DNA from: Camelus dromedarius
Taxonomy: Eukaryota
NCBI RefSeq assembly: GCF_036321535.1
Contig: NC_087437.1
Coordinates: forward strand, 52,020,001-52,084,000
Length of the DNA: 64,000 nucleotides
Direction: 5' to 3'
A program made the position numbers and the translations under genes. Positions 42,800-55,299 of the stretch are shown here, one piece after another (position 1 is the first letter of the stretch; each line of letters starts with the position of its first letter). The notes beneath the pieces were generated by a model, which worked only from the letters and a program-made list of their open reading frames with translations, did not search any database and had not been told where the DNA came from.

Positions 42800-44066
42800 A
42801 GGTCTTTGTGTCTTCGCCCTGTTTCGCGAACTCAGCTTGCTGTTTCCAGAGGCCTTCTGTTGGCGCCCTCGTCTGTGCTGCTCCCAGTGGCTGTTGGCTA
42901 GCAGATCGCACACCCTCCCAACACTGGGTCAGAAGCTGAGCTCTTACCGAGTGGGTGGGCAGGTCACTCCCCCTCCCAATGCCGCAGTCAGATGCTGCCC
43001 TCGGGCAAGGCAGGTTGGCAGATAGCGCCCCCTCCCAGCACTGTGGTCAGGTGCTGCGTTCCTGCCAGGAAGTGGGGTGGCTGTCTGCCCTCTCCCTGGC
43101 GCCGGTCGCTCCGCTGCTCTGTGCAGCTGCCTGCTCTGCCTCAGGTCGGCACCCCAAAGGCAGGCTCGGGGGAAGACCGCAGAATGGTCCCGCTCCTGCT
43201 CCGTGCCAAATCTCAGCTCCTTGTTTGTCTTGGCGGCACAAGTTCTCTGAGGTGCCAGGGCAGAAAGATCCTATCTGCCTCGGGCTGTAAACAAGTCTCA
43301 GTCCTGCCTAGAAGGTTGCAGAGCCGCCAGGTGTGGATTCGGGTCTCAGCCCCACCCCGGCCTGGGTGCTGCGAACAGGAGGAAATGGTGGCTGTGGCTG
43401 CGCCCTGCCCCCCTTCTCTCTTCTTGTGAGAAGCGTCAATAATGGCAGCGCAGGTCTGAGGAGAGAAAAGGCTACGACACCCTTCCCCCCAGGGCACACT
43501 AGCTATATTGCTTTGCTTTTTTTGCAATTTATGGGGGACTGAGGTTGTTCTGCTCTGTATCCCCTCCCAGCCACGGCACTCAGCACCCTGCAGTCACCTG
43601 CGGCTGCCTCAGTGCAGCCGCCCCTGTGCTCCGCCCAGCTCGGGCAGCCTGTCCCGGCCCCCAGCTGCCAGCTCGCGTCTCGGGCTGGGTGTCATGGGGA
43701 CCCTCCATGCCCATTTAACTCAGTTCTGTCGGTCAAGGAGTGCTCAGGGTGGATCTGAACCTCGGAGGCTCCCCCTTCGTCCTGCTGGCCTCTCTGCTGG
43801 AGGGGGGAGACCCAGTGAACAAGTGCCAGTCCTTCTTTGCCGCTCCCTCCCCGCCGGATCGGTCCCGCACTGTTTTGCTTTTTCTTCTTTCTTTTTCCCT
43901 TTTCTCCTACCAGATTTTTGGCGTCTTTGTCTTTCGAAGAGGGAGATGTTCTGTCGGAGTTCGGCAGGTGCTCTGGTTGGCTGAGTAGATCCGTAGATGT
44001 GAGTTTTGGTGTATTTGTGGGAGAGGGTGAGCTACAAGCGTCCTACTCCGCCATCTTGCTTCTCTC
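42800..44066 (-). promoter_or_regulatory. L1 5'UTR internal promoter / CpG-rich island
   Basis: The only long GC- and CpG-rich tract in the window; YY1-type motif aagatggcg (minus strand) at the 5' tip. Confidence 0.7.
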
Positions 44067-45799
44067 TCCAAATATATTTTAGAATCAGCTTGTCAAGTTA
44101 CACCCAAAATTTTTTTTAACCTTATGATTCTGATAGGGATTACATTGAATCTATCAATCAGTTTTAATTTAAATTGACATCTTTACATTGTGAGTCTTCT
44201 ATTTAATGACCATTTGGTAGAGATTTTTCATCTCTAGACTGTTAGATTTACTATCACAACTTTATATTTTTAGCACAATACTGCTATTGTTAATATTTAA
44301 AAAATTTTTATTTCTAATGTACAATATTTACTATATAATTTTTGTGGAAGTGTTCTATTTCTAGTATGCTAACAGTTTTCTCATGAATAAATTTTATCAC
44401 CTTTTCTCCCTTATTGTATTTTTGTCATAAATTTTATTGATATTAAACAAGCCTTGAACTCTATGGATACTGTAACTTGATGCTAATATATTACCTTTTT
44501 TATACATTGTTGGATTTTGTTTTTATTTAGGATGTTTGTGTCAGTGCTCACGATTAAGACTGATCTATAATTTTCCTTTTCTTTCTTACATTGTTCTATT
44601 GGGTTTAGGTATCAAAATTTTGTTAGTCTCATACAATGAGTTGAAAAAGTTTCTTCTTTTCTATTCTCTATAAGAGATTTAATGTTGGAAATATTTCTTC
44701 CTTAAATGATTGCTAGAACTTACCAGTGAAGCTATTTGGGCCCAGAGTGTTTATATGGGAAGATTCTTAACTACTCAGTTCCTCTAGTGGTTAAAAATTA
44801 ATGGAGGTTTTCTATTTCTTACATCACTTTAGTAAATTATATTTTTCTAGGACTATAACTATTTCGTTTAAATTTTCAAATTCTCGACATAAATTAATTC
44901 ACAACGGTTTCTTTTTAATGTCCGAAGATCAGTGGTAACATTTTCTTTTTCATTTGTGATATTACCTTCTCTGTTTTGAGATGTATTGTATAAAAGTGGT
45001 ATAAACTACAGTTATTTGTGTCAGCTAATTATTATTCATCTACAAATACTATCACAAAATTACTAATATATCACAAAATTTGTAGCCACAATAACTTGTC
45101 TTATTTTTATTTGACAATATATGTTGATCTGTAGCTCACCTTTGCATTTTAGCAATGGAACATGCACTTGAAGAGGTAGAATAGGGTCACAGAAACCAAG
45201 AAAGAAGAGAGTTTCAAGAAGAAAGGCTAGCCAATAGTATTTAGGAAAGTTCAAGAAGAGGGCAGATTGGAAGTCTTAGATTTGACAGAAATAGGTCTTA
45301 TGAAGAGTGGCCAACCTCTTAGATTTATGACCTTAAGTTCATTTCTTAAGACACTTCTGGTTTCAAAATCCACCAGGCATCAGAAGTAAAATTGCAGAAT
45401 TCTTAGCCAGAGAAATCAGAACTATATTCTTTTTTTCATTTCTTCAAGTTGTTACTTTAAGCTCAAGGGTGAAATTCACTGGCAGAGAATTTGGGAAGAT
45501 GTTGTTCCTTCTTTTCATCCTGTGGAGATCATAGCCTAAATCTAGAATTTTAGTGCTTTCATTTTCTAAGAATTCTGAATTACCTTTTGTATCAGAATCT
45601 GATTTTTCACTTGGTACTTTTAATCTTTTGCTTATTTGCAATATGCCTTTAATTAAAATTGAGGCCCTGTATTGAGGTCTCCTGAAATGCAATGTAGAAG
45701 CTCATGAAAATTTTGAGGTAGATGATCATGCTTCACATCTGTGGAAATTCTATTTATATTTAACGTTAAAGATCGTTTCATCTTTTTCTTTCATTCCAG

Positions 45800-45889
45800 G
45801 AACTTGTGTCCCTGAAGCCTTGTAAAGCTGCAGAGCTGGTTGCTACTCACTTTTCTGAACAGATTGAAACAGTCATTAAAAAACTTCAG
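45800..45889 (+). CDS. VPS8: VPS8 exon 12: ELVSLKPCKAAELVATHFSEQIETVIKKLQ
   Basis: tcattccag|GAA...CAG|gtaaat; 90 nt, phase 0/0. Confidence 0.95.
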
Positions 45890-46017
45890 GTAAATTTTGC
45901 AGAACATATTGGAAAGAAACATCTAGTGGAGAGAGAATTATTGAATATCTGCTTAAGAACTTTAGATTGTAATAATTTTTTCAATTGATAGTTGCCTTTT
46001 AATAGCAGTTTCTATAC

Positions 46018-46019
<2 letters not shown>

Positions 46020-46048
<29 letters not shown>
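46020..46048. repeat. (TG)14 microsatellite
   Basis: Directly visible. Confidence 0.95.
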
Positions 46049-46050
<2 letters not shown>

Positions 46051-47521
46051 TTGGAAGCAGTTATGGATCTCTGAGTCTGGAAATGAGGGAATTCCTCTTT
46101 GTGCATAAGAAATATTAACAACACAGAAACATTTTTGAAACTATAACCTAGAAATCATAATCCACAGAGGATTCCCCCCTCCCCCGCCCCACCTCCCCAT
46201 ATCCTTTGCTATAGTAGCTGCAAGTGTATTCTCTTTGGGTTTCATGTTATTTATTCAGACTTCTGCCATCCTCAAATTGGGTTCATGATGACTACTTAGA
46301 ATTTTTCTTGTAAAGTCTTAACTAGAATGCAGCTATATTAACGTTGAATATTGAGATGCTCAGTTTGAAGCTCTATATGATGGACCTAGTATTCCACTTA
46401 TCACTGCCATGGCAGTGCTAGTACAATGTTTTGCCCACTACCGTTATGGCCACAAGTGAGAGAGACAGGGACTAGGACAATGACGGGGGCGTGTAGCACA
46501 ACCCAGGGTCCCCAAGTGGCAATAATAGTCGTTAGAGATAGGATGCAAGATGGAAACCAGAGCAGTGAGTGGGAGGCAGCTGGTATAAAAGACAAAGATA
46601 CGGAGTTCATTCATTTACACACGACTGCTGCCCCACCATGTACCACAGTATGGTAGTCTCTGAGGGGCACAAATAAGAATACAGTGTTTTCTTTAATTTT
46701 TCTTATGGAACAGAGAAGCACCTATTTAACCACAGCACAGTGTTAAAAGCTCTATACCAAACATGTAAAAAAGTACTGTAGGAACAAGAGTTCTGTGTGA
46801 GAAAGAGAAGTCAGATAAGAGTTCCCAGATATGCATGAACTGGCTTTAATAATTGGTATCAGTTTTCTAGGCAGAGAATTGGGAAGGAGTTCTGGGTATG
46901 TAAAGACTTAAAGGCACGAAGCAACATGCATATTCAGAGAATGACGCGGTGGGGACAATAGTAGACAAAGCATTATTAGATTAAACTATAAAAGGTATGT
47001 CAGAGGGGAGGAGTTAAAGGTATAGAGACTGGAAAATAGAGTTTTGGGGCTTACATTGAACAATCTTATATGTAATGCTAAAAAATAATATACTGAATCT
47101 TATGTGTACTGGAGAATTACTAGTTTTTTAGGCAAAGGAACGATACCATTAGATTCATTTTATAGAAAATTAACTCTGTAGTGTAGAGAATGGACTGGCA
47201 AAGAGCAAATGGAGGAGAGACCAGTTAGAACACTTAAAAGACAAAAGGTCTTGGTAGAAGATGGTAAGGACAGGATGAAGGCAGTGATAGTGGAGAGGAC
47301 AGTTCCAAAATAGGTTTGTAAAGTAAAATGTACATGGCTTGGAAATTAGTTCAACATGATGAGTGAAGTTAAAAATGACTCCCAGATATAGGGTTGGTTG
47401 TCCAGCGTGATGAAGTCCATTAACTCAAGATAAATACTCATCCATTAATTCAGTAAATATTTGTGTACCTGCTCTGGGCCAAAAGCACACAGATGAAGTG
47501 TTGAGGCTGCAAAAACATATA

Positions 47522-48378
47522 CAGTTGACCCTTGAACAATGTGAGGGTTAGGGTTGCCGACCTGGGTGCAGTAAAAAAAATCCTCCTATAACTTTTGTCT
47601 TACCAAAAACTTAACTACTAATAGCCTACTGTTGACTGGAAGCCTTATCAGTGAATAGTCAATTAATACATGCTTTGTATGTTACATGTATTATATACTG
47701 TATTCTTACAGTAAAGTGAGCCAGAGAAAAGAAAAACATATTAAGAAAATCATAAGGAAGAGAAAATACATTTATAGTACTGAACTGTGTTTATCAGTAC
47801 CATAAGTTTCATCATCTGTTTACAAGATGAATCATTTGTCAGTCCCTATATCAATATTGCCTGATACAAAACACTGTAGATGTTAAACATATTAGTAACA
47901 CTAGACATCCAAGGTGAAAAGATAATGTGAAAAAGAAATTCATATTTATTTACAGGTATAACAATTCATGCATTGATAATGAAAAAGCAGCAGTATGATG
48001 GCTTTATGGTAGCCCAGGGCAATCGATACAGTAGCTTCATGGTAGCCTAGCTTACACACTAATGAATGAATTATTATAAAGTTTGTTATGGCACACAGTA
48101 TTACAGTCTTATTCATAATACAGTATTGGAAACTTTGTTACATTTTTTAGAAAACCATCTGATAACACAGTTTCTCTAATTAAGAGAGAGAGAAAAAGGG
48201 GTATATATATATTTTTTTGCTTTTAATTTTTTACTTTATTTATAGGCTATGGGGTTCACCTACAAGTTTTTTCAAATTGTTGCAAATCTTCCAAATTTTT
48301 TCCAGTATATTTAGTGAAAAACATTCACATGTAAGTCGACCCACTCAGTTCAAATCTGTGTTGTTTAAGGCTTAACTA
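47522..48378. mobile_element. Tigger2-like (TcMar) non-autonomous DNA transposon
   Basis: TIRs cagttgacccttgaacaa / ttgtttaaggcttaacta (degenerate reverse complement); TA on both sides (47520-47521, 48379-48380). Confidence 0.85.
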
Positions 48379-49776
48379 TAAATGTACCCCTGTGCTCATG
48401 GAAGAAGACAAATAAGCCAAAAGATAAGTGAAGAATAGTGTGACTTGAATGATGGTAGAGCACTCACTGCCCAGGATCCTGAGGAGTCCATTCTAGTGAG
48501 GCGGGGACAGGAGGACGTTTCTGCTAAAACTGCTCTCAACCCACAAAGCTTCCCCACTCCTTTAAAAATCAGCGGTTCTGATGAATCTTCTCAACTCTAG
48601 TGTTATTATTGTTTAAAATGTAAGGTTATCCATTGCACGATTTTCTTTTTCCTATAATCTTTAAAAATATTTAGAGACAGAGAGGTCATTTAAATGAATA
48701 TAATGTCATTCATTAGACAGATATATAAAAGCTGGAAGTGTTGTGGATTTAAAATAGACAAAAATTTTTGGCTCTGTGACTGTGGACTCTTTGTAGAGTC
48801 TTATGCATTTCTTTTAAAGAAATTAAGTATTTATTGCAGAGCTTTATTGATTATATGAGAATCCCACACAAATTTTATAAAGTGCCTTTACTTTTGATGG
48901 CAAGAAATATGCCTCTGAACAATTGTTTTCAGAATTCTTCAAGTGAAAAATAAGCCAGAATATTACATTATAACCAGAAGGAAAGTTATGTAAAAATAGA
49001 ACTTGATAGGCCAGGGAAAAGATAAATAATCAAAGACTGATAAATGTATTTAAAATGTTACATTCTAAATGTTAATCCTTTCCGGTTTTGAGGTCCCCTG
49101 TTTTTTATAGGTAAAGTTTGAATGTGTCAAAAAAATAAAGAAAAAAGGAAAATTAAACTATAATAATTTTTGCTTAGCTTTCCTATGAACTTAGAAATAT
49201 TAATATTCGTGTAGTAAAGTGGAAGAAACAGATTTTATGGCATGTTAATTGCTGACCTGTTGCAGTTTGTTGTCTCTTCTGTAATTGATTATATTGGGGA
49301 GTTAATAAGCTTTTTAGGTGATGTTTGTTATTTGGGCCTTAACCTCCCACCCCAACTAGATTTACTATCTCATAGTAGGCCTTTGTCACAAGAAGGACTA
49401 GGTGAGGCACTGTAAACCCATTGGTGCAGCCAGAGCAGTTCAGAGCACCTGCCATTCCAAGGGTCCTCATGCTGGGAACCATTAAGGAATGTGTCTCAGT
49501 GGAGAGCTTTCTTCCACCCTGACCCCCGCAATAATAAGGTGTTTGTATTTCTTCTGCACTTAAAATTGAATATGTGACAGTGATTAGAATTACTGAGAGG
49601 AAATGACCTCCAAATGATTATTGAGAATTTCTTAGATCTGTACAGAGAGCTTAATGGAAATAATCATACACATGTGTGCTTTTAAAAGGGATATTCTAGA
49701 GTTGTTCTTTACCGTAGCATAGTTTGAAGAATTTGTTTTAATATTTAATTGTATTTTTTATTGTTTTTCTATTCAG

Positions 49777-49823
49777 AACCAGGTTTTGCTTTTCAAATTT
49801 TTGAGGAGTCTTCTTGATCCAAG
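49777..49823 (+). CDS. VPS8: VPS8 exon 13: NQVLLFKFLRSLLDP(R)
   Basis: ctattcag|AAC...AG|gtatgt; 47 nt, phase 0/2. Confidence 0.93.
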
Positions 49824-51945
49824 GTATGTTAATAAAATTGTTTTTTATGATACATAGATGAGATATCAAAGGAAATAAACTGAGGTTAAGAAACTGGCCC
49901 ATAATATCCAAATAGTACAGTCAGCTCTTGATTTTTAATTTTAGCAGGAGTAACAGTTACTGAGATTATTCCAAATATGTGTTCAGAAAATTGATTTCAT
50001 CTTGAGGGAGTACTTTTCATTTGAACATGAGCATACATGATGAGCTGTCAGTGGAAATAAAATAGTGGAGGCATGCCATGAGGACGTGTTTCAGGAAGAA
50101 ATTTGGTGACCATCTGGCTTCCCCTGCCTGTGCTAGCTTCACTCCTTCTTATTCCTTATTCCATGCTGTAGATTGATAGCTTTACTTTTCAAAGCAAACA
50201 CCTAGTTCACAGCCCACTTCTAAATTTACTACCTTTTAAACTCATTTGAAGTGTTTAGTTTTAAATAAATTTCCTGGAGGTGTGAGAAGGAAAGTTTAAA
50301 TGTTTTTTTAAGTGCTACTGTGGTACTAATCCAAGGAGATGATGAAATTAGTAATGGATTTGTAAGTAAAGCAACCCAGTATGTGAGATCTTCACGTCTT
50401 CCTGTGATGAAGTAGAGTACACTAGGAGGTGACTATAGTATTTAATATCCTATGAGACAGTTTTTCTTGACCAGAATTGTGTATCAGAATCACCTAAGAA
50501 ACTTTTAAAAATATGGTTGCCTGGGCCCAACCCCATGGAATCATTGTGGATGGAGATATTTTTTGATGTACACTGAGAGTTAAGCATCACGGGCTTAAGT
50601 GTAATATTCCAGGATGGCATAGCTTTCACATCAGATGTACAAGTTTTTAAGTTGTGTCATAATGTAACTAGCCATTGAAAACAGTCATAAACTTACTTTA
50701 GCAATTATAATACTATAAAAATATAAAGTTTAGGTTCTTCTAGTATCTTGTGTTGTTTTAAATACTGAAATACCAAGAATTTTGTGGATTGTAATAGTTT
50801 TTTGAAATTTCAGTCATTTAAACCTTAAGCAGACTATGCTTCATTTAAATTTAGAGTCATACAGATGTGTTTATGCTGATGTTGAGAAAAGCAGTCTGAC
50901 TATATATATACTTTCCTGCACCCCAGTTCAACTCCTTTCCAAAGTATCTGTGTTTTAATTCCCTGTTCTCAGAATATTACTGAAGCTAGACATCTTTTTT
51001 TATTTCTATGAATCATTTGTACGTCCCTCAGATTCAGTTTGGGCCCTAGAATTAACTGATGGAGATATCTTGGAGTTGGGATTAGGGGTAGGAGGGAAGG
51101 AAGAGAGCGGGGAGGGGGTTAGTGGGGAGCTGGGGGAAGCGGTGAGAGAAGGGCTGGGGAGCTGGGGAGGACTGAGATGGGTAGAAGAGGAAGGAGGTGC
51201 CCAGTCCTTTTTCGGGAGCCTGTGCACTTTTCTTCCCATGGTAAAATTCCTTCTGTTCCTCTCTTGTTTCCTCCAGTGTCAGAACCATTCTCTTAGGGCC
51301 TAATTCCTTTTCCCCAGGATAATTTATTTTAACCAAGTTCTTTTTCCCTAAATATCCTACCTGGAGAGACTCAAGCTGGAAGGACAGCTTTGAACTTGAC
51401 CTTTTCTCACATGTAGCAAAGTATAGAAGACAATGGTGACCAAATCTTCATTATATTAATTTTAAAAACAAGCATTATATAAATATCAATATTATCATTC
51501 ACTCTTATATTACAGTCACTACCTTAAACTTCACAGTGATAAAAGTGGCAAATCACAAGAGTATCAGAGGTCTTCCATGCAGAGTCCTGCTCTGTTATTC
51601 CCTGTACCTAGATTGGAAAGGTGGTATCAGTAAGATCCTTTAAGAGTACAGTGAAAGTTGTTTTATTCCCTAGCAAACCACAAATAATTTTACATTTACT
51701 CGGTATATTTTATCTCCCCAAGTTAACCACAACCCAGGATAATTAACTCTAAGTTAACTTGTCTTACGTTATTCCTACCTGTCATATCAGTTCAGCTGCA
51801 GGGCCCTCTTAGCTTCTTCAGAAAGAAGTAGTACACCCGCAGTCCTTCCTTTTCCCTCTTCCAAAAAGCAACATGACCTAGAATGTTTTCACTTTTGACA
51901 ATAGCCAAATCGCTGGCTTTACTTTAGCCTAGAGAAATTAAGAGC

Positions 51946-52416
51946 TGACAGAGATTCTCCCTTTGACCAAACTTTAGTCAGACTCCTCTGAGCACACTAG
52001 GTGTGACCTTGGGCATTTATTCCCAGTTTTATAGTTTAGTTTTAGCAAGAATCCTACTAAGTCAGTTTAGTTAGAATCCTCATACTCATGGCTGATCACC
52101 CTTGGTTTCTGTCCAAGTTTATCATCCCTCACCAGCCCGCAGGTGATATCTGATCACCCTGGCCTGCCTTTAGCAGGAACTCTGTTAGGTCAGTTTAGCA
52201 AAGAATTAACCTACCCTCTTAGTAACTGTCCATTCACAGACTGCCCCCCACCTCCATGGCTGTAAATCTCTACTTTTCCTCATATTCAGAGTTGAGCCCA
52301 ATCTCTCCCCCTTACTGCAGCACCCCGTTGTAGTATTCCCTGTGCCTATCATGACAGTCCGAATAAAGTCTGCATTACTGATTAAACAAGTATCACAGAT
52401 CATGTTTTCTTTAACA
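51946..52416 (+). mobile_element. Solo ERV1 LTR (MER31-like)
   Basis: TG...CA termini; 4-bp TSD gagc/gaac; AATAAA at 52362; start tgacagagattctccctttgaccaaactttagtcag. Confidence 0.75.
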
Positions 52417-52720
52417 GAACCTTGAATTAACAAGATGGTAACTTTAGTTCCACTATTAGAAAGAAGTTACCATCACCTCCAAGATGTCAAAGACCTCGTG
52501 CTCTGCTCTGAGAGTCCTAATCCAGAATCCATCATACTTTGTCCTCTTCCTTTATGTCTTATATAGGCCACAGGCATCATTTTGATTATGCTGTAAATTT
52601 ATTTTTCAATTTGATGTTTGACATTTCAATGCAATCATTTTTGTATAAACAGTATTTCAATGATAGTATCTCAGACTAATCCATAAAAGCTGTTTAACCT
52701 GCAGTGTAAACGTAATACTA

Positions 52721-53185
52721 GTAAGGGGAGGGGAAAAATTTTTCTTTCTACCCTTCTAGGTTCTAGATAGAGTAAGAAGAAAGCAGCATACAAATTTTTT
52801 AGTATTAAGTTTTACTTGACACGGGAGCCTTCATAAAGGAATGAAGAACCAAAGAAGCAGTTAGACCTGATTGTTTTATGCTAGGTTTGATGAAGAGTAG
52901 AAAGTCATGGGCAGATATGGTAGGACTGAAGGATATGAGCTAAGGAAAATAAACTGGGGAAACTTAACAAGAACTGTTTGTTTGGATTCCTCTCACTGTC
53001 CCTCCATCTTCAGAGATGAGGAAAGCCTCCAGGAATAGACAGAGCACCTCTCATAAGGTGGTCTTGTGATCTGCTTCATAGAAAAAGAGAGAGGTCAGAG
53101 TCTTTCTTGCATCCACTGTTTCTCAAATTCCTTTAGCTTAAGATACTCAGTATGCCAAGGTACCAAATTTTGGAGTAGCATGTCA
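52721..53185 (-). mobile_element. Solo ERV1-like LTR relic
   Basis: Organisation resembles the LTR at 1809-2279 (aggg..aaaaa..ttttc start; ccaa..ttttgg near end); termini degraded. Confidence 0.55.
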
Positions 53186-55299
53186 CTAATAATACATTGA
53201 ATTCTGGATTAAGGGAGAGGAACAAGGTTAAGAAGGTTGAATGCAGAGGGAGTTAGGAGTTGCTTCCCGAACCTGCCTTAGACAAAGTTTTGAATTATAG
53301 AAAGTTTGTCTTTGGTGCCCTTTGAACTCTGCCACCTCCCACTCTGTCCCCTTCTTTCAAGGGGTACAGGATGCACACAGTCTTCGAGCTCTCCACTTTA
53401 TAAGTGCACTCAGATGTATGGTATTGTTCCTAGGTAGATTTTTAAAATCCAAAATTACCTTCTTCCATGCTGCAGTCAAAACTCTTTCTAGTTGCTTGTC
53501 AATTTCTGTCATGTGACACTTTTACAAGTGGGAATATTCAGGTAACATATGAGTACAATGAAAAAACCCTTTTCCAATACCAATTGGGTAAGGAGAAAGC
53601 AGGGAGTGTGGACTACTTTGCATTAGTCTCTAAATGATTTCCCATCACACTTCTTGAGTGTTCTTGTTGGCTAATCTGAAGAAAAGGATTAGAGTCTTTT
53701 CAGGTATTGGGAAAACTGAAGTGGGAAACAAGGGGAATATAGAAAAAGATGTTAAGGGGTAAAAGATTTTCAAGAATGGGTAGACTGTCCTGCCTGGCAG
53801 TTTTCCCTGGCAGACCACTTCAGAATATTTTTGCCTTTGATTCTTCCTTTTCTGTTCTTCTTAAGCAGTAGAATTTTTTTTTAACATCCGGGTTTTGCCT
53901 CCCATGAAGCTTCTATAGCTATATTCTGGAAGTAGAGAAAATTAAAGAAAACAGTTATTTTGGGGTGGTGACTATTTATATGTGTCATATCAAAATACTA
54001 CTTTTTCCCTCTTCCTTTAAAATCTGAGTTAGTAGGATTCTTATTACTGTGTATATATAGTTTATGAATATTTGATTTAACATTTACTTGTATTTATTGA
54101 GTTGTTAGCTTTTTATTTTGTCTACAGCATTTTTAAGGGAACAAATAATCGAGTTGAATTCTTATGTACGTATCTCTATTTTCTTTACCCATTTCTTTAT
54201 CTTTGCTATCTAAATAATGTCTTCAGTAAAATTAATTGACCTACAAAGATATTGGTGGCATCTGTCTGTAGAAAGATTAGATAGTTTTAAAGGGAGGGAG
54301 GTTAATCTCCTAGAAGCAAATTATTTGCCTGAATTGAGGCCAGCAGCTTGGGAGAGAAAGGATTTGCATCCTCTTCCAATTCCCTCTTTGGGACAGCTGC
54401 TTCCTAAAGCCCTGCCCCGCCCCCACCCCCGTGTGCATTCCTGCCGGCCAAGAATTCTCACAGGAGTTCTCCTGCTGCATTTACATCCAGATGCAGGTCC
54501 TTTGTGCAGCAGGAATGCTAGGAGAATAATACAAAAGGACACTGATGGTTTTTGTGGGGCCATGAGCTTCGTAAGGAATAAAGAGAATGTGCAAGTAAAT
54601 TTATATTCACAATATTTTCCTCAGTACGATTTTTTTGGTAATGTCGATTTAGCCTTTGTTAACAATGTCCTGGAGGTCCCTGAAATATACGGTACGATTT
54701 TCTTGTAGAAAAAGAAAACACATAAAATGTCGCATTGTATTTCTGAGTCTTTGATCAAAATAAAGTAAAAATTGAACATTGCTACGGAAATGAGTGTTTT
54801 TGCCAAGGAGCAAAACATAGACTATGGAAATGGTTATATATTGGATTTAAGTTGAATCTATCAGTGTTTCTGTGGATAGTTTTGAAGGGACATTTTAAGA
54901 TATTGACACAGTGTTGAAATAGCATATTTCAAAGTTAAAAAATAGAACATTTTATATGCTCATGAACTTTGACACATAAAAATACATTCCTGCTTCTGTG
55001 AGTGCATGTCAGCTTGGCCCGGCTCACCATCAGATACCATATCTTTGGTTGGTATTTTTGCCAATAGCTCAAATTCAGCCTTCTAAATCCTAACACATCA
55101 TCATTGCCTAATTTCCTTTCAGATAGATAGACAGACAGAAACTTACTTGCATTTATTTCTTTGTTCCTTAATTCAGTAGTTCTTTATAATGAGATGGCGA
55201 TCTGCTAAGTAATGTGCAAGACATTGAAATGGCTCAAAATTATGCTCACTTTTTTTCAGTCTAAACCTGTTCCTTCTCCTTTATTTTCTCTCTTAGCAA

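Larger units (their letters stand above)
41004..44066 (-). mobile_element. Young L1 with CpG-rich 5'UTR, ORF1 and 3' end, but most of ORF2 missing
   Basis: 5' start gagagaagcaagatggcggagtagg; ORF1 at 41834-42718; junction near 41688 to the ORF2 terminal motif gtggaaaacaatatggag; T14-ACA-T11 tail at 41004-41031. Confidence 0.92.
38600..44970 (-). mobile_element. Old L1 host element (38600-40138 and 44067-44970) split by the young L1 composite
   Basis: Removing the insert rejoins ggctatccttgacctttgatacttccaaatatattttagaatcagcttgtcaag, a continuous L1 ORF2 antisense motif (compare 4465-4515). Confidence 0.75.

Noticed and set aside
42683..44082. Cluster of overlapping 60-160 aa ORFs
   Set aside because: Expected from the GC-rich, stop-poor L1 5'UTR; none resembles a known protein, and an ORF0 equivalent cannot be supported from sequence alone.
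46402..46417. 16-bp perfect palindrome cactgccatggcagtg
   Set aside because: About one such palindrome is expected by chance in 64 kb (64000/4^8); no supporting context.
54217..54708. 163-aa + strand ORF in the last intron
   Set aside because: No recognisable homology, and the VPS8 frame joins 49823 to 63674 without it; consistent with a chance ORF.
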